From positions 1 to 24,514 of the forward strand of contig JBKBOT010000021.1 in NCBI GenBank assembly GCA_046293555.1: a stretch of DNA of 24,514 nt, written 5' to 3'. The position numbers and the translations under genes are program-made. The notes beneath the pieces were generated by a model. The model was given only the letters and a program-made list of their open reading frames with translations, was not told the DNA's origin and searched no databases. This DNA comes from Pyrobaculum sp. Lineage in GTDB: Archaea; Thermoproteota; Thermoprotei; Thermoproteales; Thermoproteaceae. The stretch's first letter is position 1. Every line of letters starts with the position of its first letter. Positions 17,188-24,514 of the stretch are shown in pieces.

Positions 17188-17760
17188 ATGGCGCTTAGAC
17201 GTAGAGCTGCGAACGTCGTTAGAGTCAGCTGGGGAGTCCACCCACTTGCACACGACATATGGAAACACATCGGCGGATATGTGAAGGACGTGTTGAGAAA
17301 GGGGCTGAGAGACGCTGCGTTCAACTTGTGCTACGGCGCGTTGACGCATACAATGGGGTGTCCAGACGGCAGCGGTCTGTACGTATACCGCGAGGACGAG
17401 GCACCGATTGGCAACAAGGAGCATCTGTTTAACGAAGGCGGCTGGCGTTTTTACATATACGGCCCACTCTTTGTGACATATGCCGTCAGCCAGTTTGTGG
17501 ACAGAGAAAAAGTGCCGTTGACATACGACGAGGCGATGGAGGTGGTCAGACACATCGCCGAGAGGAGTCCAAAGCTCGCCGCCACCCTGGTGGCACACCT
17601 TGCGTTCCCGCCGAGGAGCGACGAAGACCACATGTACGTCTACGACTTCCTAAAGGCGGCGAAAAAGATCATGCCCTACAAGGAGGGGGAGATAAACGAT
17701 TATGTGTTCTGGAGGCTACAGTCAAAACCGTTCCGCGGCAGGGGAACGTTCACGTTTTAA
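17188..17760 (+). CDS. Hypothetical protein, paralog of 16001..16666
   Basis: Shares motifs with 16001; basic N-terminus MALRRR. Confidence 0.8.
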   Translation: MALRRRAANVVRVSWGVHPLAHDIWKHIGGYVKDVLRKGLRDAAFNLCYGALTHTMGCPDGSGLYVYREDEAPIGNKEHLFNEGGWRFYIYGPLFVTYAVSQFVDREKVPLTYDEAMEVVRHIAERSPKLAATLVAHLAFPPRSDEDHMYVYDFLKAAKKIMPYKEGEINDYVFWRLQSKPFRGRGTFTF

Positions 17761-18491
17761 AACATGTAGTCTAACATAGCGTCTATACATCTCACGTCGA
17801 CAGACTCTTTTTTCACAAGCCTTGCCGTTAGCCTTAACGCCTCGTGGTATGCATGACTACTCCCAGACGTCAGATATGCGGCAAGACTTGACAGAACGTC
17901 TGGCTCTGTGTGAAACAACGTGGCGACACATCTGTTCCAACTGCCGCGACCGAGTCTTTCAACCATATCGAGGACAAAGCCTGAAAGCTTGGAGACATCC
18001 AAGAGGACTGTGCGTTCCACATCTACATATGGCTCTACTCGTTTTACAACATACGCGATTACCTCGTTGAGGTATATGCCAGATGTCGTGATGAAATACA
18101 CTGCGGCCGATAAGTGATCTACGCCGCTCGCGACAACCACGTTCGGCATACGTCTATACATTTTCTTCATATCGCTAATTGACATCTTGTCGTCAGGTAT
18201 TGGTATTAAGTATACCGACATATCCCCATAAAACTTAGCAACGCCGTGTTTATACCCAATGGACGCAAACGCCATATGTTTCGCGTCTAACTTCTCGTTT
18301 CTCAACATGGTGAAAAACACAACGTCTACGTCAGATGCGTCGGACTTAAGTTCAGGCAATCTGTCAACCCCCTCTAAAACATAACCATTCCCCCTCCTCA
18401 TAACTCCCCCCTCACCATCTAACGTATACACAACGCCGTGGAGCACTAGGGTGTTTACCATTAGGTTATCAGTAGGCTTTACTTCCAACAT
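17757..18491 (-). CDS. Hypothetical protein, possibly a shortened Cas8a2/Csa4-like (type I-A large subunit) homolog
   Basis: The CDS is solid (TATA upstream). N-terminal NTLVLHGVV--L...RRGNGY and C-terminal YLTSG----Y-EALR--AR resemble Cas8a2 by eye only. Confidence 0.45.
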   Translation of the reverse strand: MLEVKPTDNLMVNTLVLHGVVYTLDGEGGVMRRGNGYVLEGVDRLPELKSDASDVDVVFFTMLRNEKLDAKHMAFASIGYKHGVAKFYGDMSVYLIPIPDDKMSISDMKKMYRRMPNVVVASGVDHLSAAVYFITTSGIYLNEVIAYVVKRVEPYVDVERTVLLDVSKLSGFVLDMVERLGRGSWNRCVATLFHTEPDVLSSLAAYLTSGSSHAYHEALRLTARLVKKESVDVRCIDAMLDYMF

Positions 18492-18550
18492 ATCGTAAAG
18501 GACATATAGCTATATAAATTCAACATTTAATACAACATATAACGCCGTTT

Positions 18551-19483
18551 GTGTCTGTTTGCATAATCGCTTTAGGCACGCCGCTGGACGCCAAGCCGAG
18601 GCCATGGCTGTATTTTGAAGTGCCCGTTTTGCTCATAAACGCATTAGAAGTAAAGGACAACCCCCGCTCTGTATTACAACATGACGGTAAGCTTTGGATA
18701 GACTCCGGCGGCTATCAGATAATGAGGAAGGGAATTACAATAGACGTTTACGACGTAATTAAAATATACGAGAGGGTAAACGCCGATCTCTACTTCTCTT
18801 TAGACGTGCCTCCCACTCCACAAGACCCGCTTGAATTAGCAAGAAAGAAGTTCGAAAAGTCTTATCAAAACTGGCTAAAACTGTCGAAAAGGATAGAGGT
18901 AGTGCCGGTGTTACATGTGTATAAAGACGCAAAGCTGTTTTTAGAGTATTTAGAGAAATACGAAAACGTCCCCGCTCTTGCTATTGGTGGCGCTGTGCCG
19001 TATGTCCTCACCACACGGGGCGCTTCTAGACAGTTTGCGTTTAGTTTGATCGCAGCCGCCAGGAGGCGGTTTAAAGGTAAGCTACACGTCTTCGGCCTCG
19101 GCAGCCCGGCCATTACGCCCATATTAAGGGCATTGGGCATAGACAGTACCGACACGGCCACATGGCGCCTTAAGGCGGCATATGGAAAAGTGCTTCTTCC
19201 AGGCGGCGGGGAGAGACATGTAACTAAGAGGGAGGTGAAGTTTGGAAAAAAGAAGCCCAAAGACGGCGAACTTGAAGAGCTATACCACTTCCTAAGAGAG
19301 ACGGGATTCCCCCTGGCGGACGCCTTTTTTGAAAGGCTAAACCGCTTTGAATATAGAGCGTTGGTAAACGCGTGGGTTGTGTTGAGACCAGAAAGACCAC
19401 CAAGACCTACCGAATTCAGAAAGCTATATAACACACTCACCAACGGGTTAGAGAAGTTCATAATCAAGGCAGAAAGAGTATAG
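18551..19483 (+). CDS. Guanine transglycosylase (TGT/DpdA-like) family protein
   Basis: WIDSGGYQ, LDVPP, VPVLH, LAIGG, LHVFGLG and GIDSTD-ATW motifs; no CxCxxC zinc site and no PUA extension. Confidence 0.85.
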   Translation: MSVCIIALGTPLDAKPRPWLYFEVPVLLINALEVKDNPRSVLQHDGKLWIDSGGYQIMRKGITIDVYDVIKIYERVNADLYFSLDVPPTPQDPLELARKKFEKSYQNWLKLSKRIEVVPVLHVYKDAKLFLEYLEKYENVPALAIGGAVPYVLTTRGASRQFAFSLIAAARRRFKGKLHVFGLGSPAITPILRALGIDSTDTATWRLKAAYGKVLLPGGGERHVTKREVKFGKKKPKDGELEELYHFLRETGFPLADAFFERLNRFEYRALVNAWVVLRPERPPRPTEFRKLYNTLTNGLEKFIIKAERV

Positions 19484-19620
19484 GCCGGACTGACGGGGAT
19501 AGCCCCCACTACCACTACCCATTCCACCACTCATTACCCCCATATATGTCATTAGACAAGTCGAATGTTTTTTCGCCTTTTCATTGTTACCTACGGCGAG
19601 ATACGCCGTAGTTTTTATTT

Positions 19621-19762
19621 TCTAAACATTCGCGGCATATGTCCAAAGATTTCCAAACATTCACATTTTATTTCCAAAGATTTCCAAAAATTCACACATT
19701 TCCAAACATTTGTGGTTTTGGTCCAAAGATTTCCAAAGATTTGTGCCGTGGCTCCAAAGATT
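19621..19762. repeat. Array of nine 10-bp direct repeats TCCAAA(G/C)ATT (iteron-like)
   Basis: Copies start at 19621, 19642, 19652, 19673, 19683, 19701, 19722, 19732 and 19753, in an AT-rich gap between convergent genes. Confidence 0.85.
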
Positions 19763-19814
19763 CTCTAGAGAATAAGAGAACCGGCCCCCGATAGGATGCG
19801 TGTAGAAAGTCAGC

Positions 19815-20282
19815 CTAGCCTTGCTTCAAGGCCTCGGCCAGCTGGGGGTATTGCGAAATCTTGTCCATTGGGGCTATGTGGCAATACTTCCCATCGCTGT
19901 GCCAGACGTAGACGTATTGTTGTTTATAGTCAGTTCTGACGCCAAGCCGCCCGGGCCGGCCACATTTTGGACATGTGACAAGCGGTCGCCTTGGGTGTGG
20001 GCCGGGCCTCAGCCTTATCCCAGCCTGCCGCAGGTTGTTCTGTATGATGTAAACCGAGACCCCGAGCTCCCTTGCGATTTCCCACAGCCTTAGCCCTTTT
20101 TCGTATAGCTCCAACACCTTGTTGATATCTACAGACCTCCAACGTCTTGTAGACACGCCATATTGCTTGAGATACTTAGAGACTGTGGCTGGATTGTAGC
20201 CAAAAATGCGCGCGATCTTGTTGATAGACATTCCGCTGTCGTAAAGCTTGGCCATCTCCTTTATCCTCTCCTCGAATTTCAT
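19815..20282 (-). CDS. DNA-binding protein with two tandem HTH motifs and a C-terminal zinc finger
   Basis: GMSINKIARIFG---ATVSKYL and GLRLWEIARELGVS---I---L; CPKC...H...CH. Confidence 0.85.
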   Translation of the reverse strand: MKFEERIKEMAKLYDSGMSINKIARIFGYNPATVSKYLKQYGVSTRRWRSVDINKVLELYEKGLRLWEIARELGVSVYIIQNNLRQAGIRLRPGPHPRRPLVTCPKCGRPGRLGVRTDYKQQYVYVWHSDGKYCHIAPMDKISQYPQLAEALKQG

Positions 20283-20371
20283 GTAATGATGTAAATTCCT
20301 AGATATAAATACATTTCACACTTTTTCGCGTTACCTCAACGAAGGGCCCCAGCCTTCACATGGACACGATG

Positions 20372-20385
20372 GTAACGTATATATA
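20372..20385 (+). promoter_or_regulatory. Conserved promoter motif GTAACGTATATATA
   Basis: ATG at 20405 (33 nt away). Confidence 0.75.
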
Positions 20386-20404
20386 CTGGTTTATACATAG
20401 GCCC

Positions 20405-20527
20405 ATGTCAAGTCGAAAGCGTGTACGTAAAAAACACAAGAAGGCGGCAGCTGAGCTGCCGTTTTTAACCCACAGGAGAAAGAGGAGGACTGCGGGCGGC
20501 TGCCGGCGGAGGAGAGTAGCTCGCTGA
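20405..20527 (+). CDS. 40-aa protamine-like basic peptide (MSSRKRVRKKHKKAAAELPFLTHRRKRRTAGGCRRRRVAR), not in ORF track
   Basis: Translated by hand; 18 of 40 residues are R/K; motif promoter at the exact spacing. Confidence 0.7.
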   Translation: MSSRKRVRKKHKKAAAELPFLTHRRKRRTAGGCRRRRVAR

Positions 20528-20569
20528 ATTTATCCGTATGTTTTAAATAAACTACATCTTTTTCCACAC

Positions 20570-21019
20570 ATGGAGAGGCTGATGCGTCTAGTATCGCCAC
20601 ATATCGCCATATTGCTACAAGAGGAGGTCGCGCCGAGGCTGAGGACAGAGGTGGACAAACTGTGGGGCGATCTGACGGCTACACTCGGCCGTGTGGCCGC
20701 AATGAGGTGTCTTGTCTACGCCGTGAGGGTGGGGCCGTTGGAGCTGTCTGTTGAATACACAGACGGCCGCCTCAAGGCACACGGTGAGCTGACCTTCGGC
20801 CAGCTGGTGGAGGCCGCGTGGAGAAACAGCGGCGTGGCGGATCTAGACAGCTATGTGGACTACATCACGAAGATTGCAGAGATCGGGCCTAGGTATGCCG
20901 CAAGACGGATACTATGGCAGGCGGGGCTGCCGGTGGCCTTCACGCCGAAGCCCGTGGAGAGGGAACAGTGGGACGATTTGTTGCAGCCTACAGACAAATT
21001 CGTGGTGACGATCCTATAG
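20570..21019 (+). CDS. Hypothetical protein, possibly a distant relative of 16001/17188
   Basis: TTTTAAATA box upstream and T-rich tract after the stop; IAEIGPRYAA resembles IAERSPKLAA. Confidence 0.75.
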   Translation: MERLMRLVSPHIAILLQEEVAPRLRTEVDKLWGDLTATLGRVAAMRCLVYAVRVGPLELSVEYTDGRLKAHGELTFGQLVEAAWRNSGVADLDSYVDYITKIAEIGPRYAARRILWQAGLPVAFTPKPVEREQWDDLLQPTDKFVVTIL

Positions 21020-21228
21020 CTTATTTTTTAGTTGCTTATTTACGCCGTATCCCCAATCGGGGACTTTCCCCTCTCCCACTCCATCCGTCACGAGGGCCCT
21101 TGTGAGCCGCGGCAGCCGCAAGCCCCCCAGCCCTCGGGGCATGACCCCTCACAAGGCTGGAGGCGCATTCCGGTTCCTACGCCTTATTTTCTCCACAGCA
21201 TTTTTAAATCGACGTATTTTACGCCTCT

Positions 21229-22080
21229 ATGGACAGATGTCCAGCCTGCGGCGGCGGCAGTTTTGTCTACAGCTACGACAGGGGCGAGGTCGTGTGTGAC
21301 CAATGTGGCACAGTGGTACAACAGCTTGTGGACACCGGCCCGGAGTGGAGGAGGGCGGAGCGCGCCAGGGTCGGACCCCCCATGTCGCCGACTGTTACAC
21401 CATTGTTACTCACCTCGATCGACAGGAGGAAAGACACAAAAGGTAGGGAGTTGGGGTTGAGGGTTGGCGCAATGCGGCTAAGGGACTACCAGATGCGGTT
21501 TGGGGTAAGCACCGCGCTTGAGCGTAAATATCTAGACGCGGTCAAGGAGGCCGCCAGAATTGCAAGCGTTATGGGCATACCGAAGCCATGTGTAGACACT
21601 GCGCTCTCCATTATACGCAAGGCCGTTGGACACATCCGAGGCAGGCCGCTTGACGCCTTGGCGGCGGCTGCGCTCTACGCCGCATGTAGGCTTACAAACA
21701 CGCCGAGACAAATCGAGGAGTTTGCGAAATACACAAAGGCGTCAAGGAGACATATCACAAAGAGCTACATGTCGATAGTCGAGACGCTTGGGGTAAAGCC
21801 CCCGCTGCCCCACCCAGCTGTGTACATCCCCAAGATCGCCTCGGCGCTGAGGCTGAGAGATGGCATAGTCAAAATGGCGATAGATATAGCCAAGAGGGCG
21901 AGGGAGGCCAGGTTGACCAGAGGCAAGACCCCCGCCTCCATAGCCGCCGCAGCTGTATACATCGCCATGATGAAACACGGCGTGAGGACAACCATAGAAG
22001 ACGTGGCCAAGGCCGCCAACGTCTCCCCCCCGGCGGTAAAACAGAGGTACGTGGAGATATCCACAAAGCTAAAGATATAG
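21229..22080 (+). CDS. tfb: Transcription initiation factor B (TFB) paralog
   Basis: Zn ribbon CPAC...CDQC, B-reader DTGPEWR, two cyclin repeats (GR----LAAAALYAACR; GKTP-SIAAAAVYIA). Confidence 0.95.
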   Translation: MDRCPACGGGSFVYSYDRGEVVCDQCGTVVQQLVDTGPEWRRAERARVGPPMSPTVTPLLLTSIDRRKDTKGRELGLRVGAMRLRDYQMRFGVSTALERKYLDAVKEAARIASVMGIPKPCVDTALSIIRKAVGHIRGRPLDALAAAALYAACRLTNTPRQIEEFAKYTKASRRHITKSYMSIVETLGVKPPLPHPAVYIPKIASALRLRDGIVKMAIDIAKRAREARLTRGKTPASIAAAAVYIAMMKHGVRTTIEDVAKAANVSPPAVKQRYVEISTKLKI

Positions 22081-22124
22081 AGTTTTTTCTCTAGCCTTTT
22101 TATTTTTGCGATATTTATGTCTTC

Positions 22125-22658
22125 ATGATTCTGGCAAACGACGAGCTCAAAAAGCTGATCTCCCAAGGCAGGCTGGTGGTGACGCCGCTTAGGCCGGACA
22201 CAGTGAGAGAAAACGGCCTCGACCTTAGGGTGGGCGGGGAGTATGCAATATATGCGTACGAAAACGCCGTGGTGAGACCCTGCGAGCTGGAGGAGGCGAG
22301 GCACCTATTCCGCGTGGTGAAGGCAGAGGAGGTGGTGATACCGCCTAGGAATTTCGTCCTGCTGACAACAGAGGAGTACATAAAGATGCCGGAAGACGTC
22401 GCCGGCTTCGCCAACTTGCGTTCTACCTTGGCCAGGTACGGCCTTGTAATCCCACCCACAGTGGTGGACGCCGGCTTTGAGGGCAATATAACAATCGAGG
22501 TGGTAAACGCCTCGCCAAACACCATAGTGCTGAGAAGGGGCATGCGGTTTCTCCACCTGGTGTTGGCAAAAACAGCCGGCAGGGCGGCCTACGCCGGGGC
22601 GTACCAGGGACAGAGGGGGGTGACGCCACCAAAAGGGCTCAAGGGGGAGTGTACATGA
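22125..22658 (+). CDS. dcd: dCTP deaminase
   Basis: ENGLDLR, LLTTEEYIKMP, NLRSTLARYGL, VDAGFEGNITIE and YQGQRGVT motifs. Confidence 0.95.
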   Translation: MILANDELKKLISQGRLVVTPLRPDTVRENGLDLRVGGEYAIYAYENAVVRPCELEEARHLFRVVKAEEVVIPPRNFVLLTTEEYIKMPEDVAGFANLRSTLARYGLVIPPTVVDAGFEGNITIEVVNASPNTIVLRRGMRFLHLVLAKTAGRAAYAGAYQGQRGVTPPKGLKGECT

Positions 22659-22841
22659 ATGGGCTTTGGTATAAATAACCACATGAGACCTAATGCCTGT
22701 CATTTGGTTATGGCGTGGATCACATCGCTTATCTTTCTACCTGCAATATCGACAATCAACACTGTTGAGAGAGGTATAACTGTTGGCGCAAGTCTACTGG
22801 CGCTAGGTGTGATATCTTATCTCTACTGTAAGTATGGATAA
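22659..22841 (+). CDS. Small two-TM membrane peptide (start may be 22683 or 22710)
   Basis: Fills the gap between dcd and the methyltransferase; two hydrophobic stretches. Confidence 0.45.
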   Translation: MGFGINNHMRPNACHLVMAWITSLIFLPAISTINTVERGITVGASLLALGVISYLYCKYG

Positions 22842-24514
22842 CACAATACGTGACAGACCTGCCGAGGTTAGGCACCCGCTGGGGCAGTTCTACACGCCGC
22901 CTTGGGTTTGTGAGTTTATCGTGAGGTGGGCCGTAAGGAGTGGTGACGATGTGGTGTTTGACCCAGGCACTGGCGATGGTTGTTTCATAACCGCCGCATA
23001 TCGCCGTCTGTTGGAGTTTGGCAAGAGTCATGAGGAGGCGATAAGGCAACTCTATGCCGTGGATGTAGACCACGCGGCGGTCGAGGCGGTTGTGGACGCA
23101 CTTTCGGCCAGGGGGCTTCAACATAATATATTCCATGCCGACTTTTTCTCCATCCCTCCGCCAGGGGGCATTGTGTCCGTTGTGCCCAAGGTGGATGCAG
23201 TAGTGGGAAACCCACCATACACCAGATGGACAGAAATACCGGAAAAAACCCGCCAGCTGATAAAACAACAGCTAAAAGACGTCATGAAGAAATACCGCCT
23301 TACGCCACAAGCGAGCAGAAGAGCAGAGCCCGGGATATACGTCTATTGGACTATGCACTCCGCTAGCTTCTTAAAAGAGGGGGGGAGGCTAGGGATGATA
23401 ATTTCAAACACCTGGCTTCAGACAGACTATGGCATTAAGTTTGCAAACTTCCTCCTCGACCACTACAGGATAAAGGCTGTGATCGATTTTTCGGCCAGGC
23501 TTTTCAAAGACGCACTAATAACCACATGCATAATACTGGCAGAGAGAGAAAGCAATGAGGAAAAGAGAAAGGAAAACATCACGGCGTTTATACACATCCC
23601 CGGAGAGGTGGAGACAGTAGACATAGACGAGTTGCTAAAAGCGATAGAAACGGGCCAGTCTGAAAAATACCGCATGAGGCTTGTGAGACAGGGAGACATA
23701 CCACGGGACAAGAAGTGGATAAATCTGTTTTTCGAGACCGCCAATGTTTACAGCCACCCGCTAATGGTCAAACTTGGCGAGCTATTTGAGGTGTCGAGAG
23801 GAAACACCTTCTGGAGCAGATGGGCTTTATCTCATGGAAAAAGGCCAGACCCCGGTGCCAGTGAGTTCCACTACCTCACCCCCTCTGAGGTAAAGGGATA
23901 TAAGCTGGGGAACTGGGCTTACCCTAACGCGCCTCCAAATGAGTTGATATACCCCGCAGTCATCAGCGCCAAACAAGTGCAGTACTTCGTCTTTACAGAA
24001 GCGGACTGGAATGCGCTATATAGGTCAGACGAGGAATGTTACATGTTTATAGGCCACATGCCACGGGACCAGCTCCCAAAAGAAGTGGAAGACTACGTCA
24101 AGAAAGGTGAGACACAAATCTTCACAAAAACCAAGGCGAAACAGCTAGGCGGCAGGGGGAAAAAGGCAAACGAGACAGAGGCGGCGAAAGCCAGGGCTAG
24201 AGAGAGAAAATACTTCTACGGCTGGTATGACCTGGGGGGCGTGGTCTATACGCCAATCTTTGCGACTCGTTACGGAAGATACAAGACTAGGTTTATATAC
24301 GATAGGTTCCCCGTCGCGCTATCTGATAACCTCATAGCGTTAATACCACGCCAGGAGCTAGACGAGCTTCGAATCAAGGCCCTTTTGGCATATCTAAACT
24401 CGAGCTTTGTCCAACACTACATCGAGACAAGCGGCGGGGTGGTCTCCAGCGGCCCCATAGATCTTACGGTAAATACTGCTAGGAAGATGCCTATCCTCGA
24501 CGTGAGGAGGCTAG
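22834..24514 (+). CDS. N6-adenine DNA methyltransferase (Eco57I/TaqI-like, gamma class), 3' end outside the window
   Basis: Translated by hand from ATG 22834 and open to the window edge: GQFYTPP, VFDPGTGDGCF (motif I), VVGNPPY (motif IV), LKEGGRLGMI and TRD-like LLAYLNSS. Confidence 0.92.
   Translation, partial: MDNTIRDRPAEVRHPLGQFYTPPWVCEFIVRWAVRSGDDVVFDPGTGDGCFITAAYRRLLEFGKSHEEAIRQLYAVDVDHAAVEAVVDALSARGLQHNIFHADFFSIPPPGGIVSVVPKVDAVVGNPPYTRWTEIPEKTRQLIKQQLKDVMKKYRLTPQASRRAEPGIYVYWTMHSASFLKEGGRLGMIISNTWLQTDYGIKFANFLLDHYRIKAVIDFSARLFKDALITTCIILAERESNEEKRKENITAFIHIPGEVETVDIDELLKAIETGQSEKYRMRLVRQGDIPRDKKWINLFFETANVYSHPLMVKLGELFEVSRGNTFWSRWALSHGKRPDPGASEFHYLTPSEVKGYKLGNWAYPNAPPNELIYPAVISAKQVQYFVFTEADWNALYRSDEECYMFIGHMPRDQLPKEVEDYVKKGETQIFTKTKAKQLGGRGKKANETEAAKARARERKYFYGWYDLGGVVYTPIFATRYGRYKTRFIYDRFPVALSDNLIALIPRQELDELRIKALLAYLNSSFVQHYIETSGGVVSSGPIDLTVNTARKMPILDVRRL

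Noticed and set aside
18551-19483. Calling this the housekeeping archaeosine tRNA-guanine transglycosylase (tgtA)
   Set aside because: It is too short and lacks the zinc-binding Cys cluster and C-terminal domains.
19565-19768. Repeat array read as a CRISPR array or as a 67-aa ORF
   Set aside because: The units are 10 bp with 0-11-bp gaps, far too short for CRISPR repeats and spacers; the ORF is just the repeat translated.
22834-24514. Complete restriction-modification system
   Set aside because: Only MTase and TRD motifs are visible, there is no N-terminal nuclease domain, and the gene is cut by the window edge.

Overview
Archaeal sequence, most likely from Thermoproteales (Pyrobaculum/Thermoproteus-like, judged from the PCNA, TFB and dCTP deaminase sequences and the leaderless TATA promoters). 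It reads as part of a virus/provirus or similar mobile element, but no integrase, att site or element boundary is visible in the window. Contents: (i) a PCNA gene coupled to a 10-Cys peptide; (ii) a minus-strand block of small membrane proteins, including a spindle-virus-like hairpin capsid candidate and a fusellovirus B251-like P-loop ATPase; (iii) a Cdc48/Vps4-clade AAA+ ATPase; (iv) a tandem array of diverged paralogs at 10.3-15.4 kb that all end in Arg/Lys-rich tails, including one broken copy and one relic; (v) an A24 prepilin peptidase, a possible stand-alone Cas8a-like gene, a TGT/DpdA-like gene, a phased 10-bp iteron array, an HTH/Zn-finger gene, TFB, dCTP deaminase and an N6-adenine DNA methyltransferase that runs off the right edge. 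The strongest unexplained signal is a 14-bp promoter motif, RTRACGTATWWAWA, found 12 times, with a start codon 33 nt from its first base in 11 copies and 34 nt in the other. It precedes the capsid-like, Arg-tailed and protamine-like genes but not the replication or modification genes. The element's own TFB has a rewritten BRE-recognition helix. Together these suggest a private 'sigma-like' TFB/BRE late regulon. All family calls come from motif recognition by eye; no database search was run.
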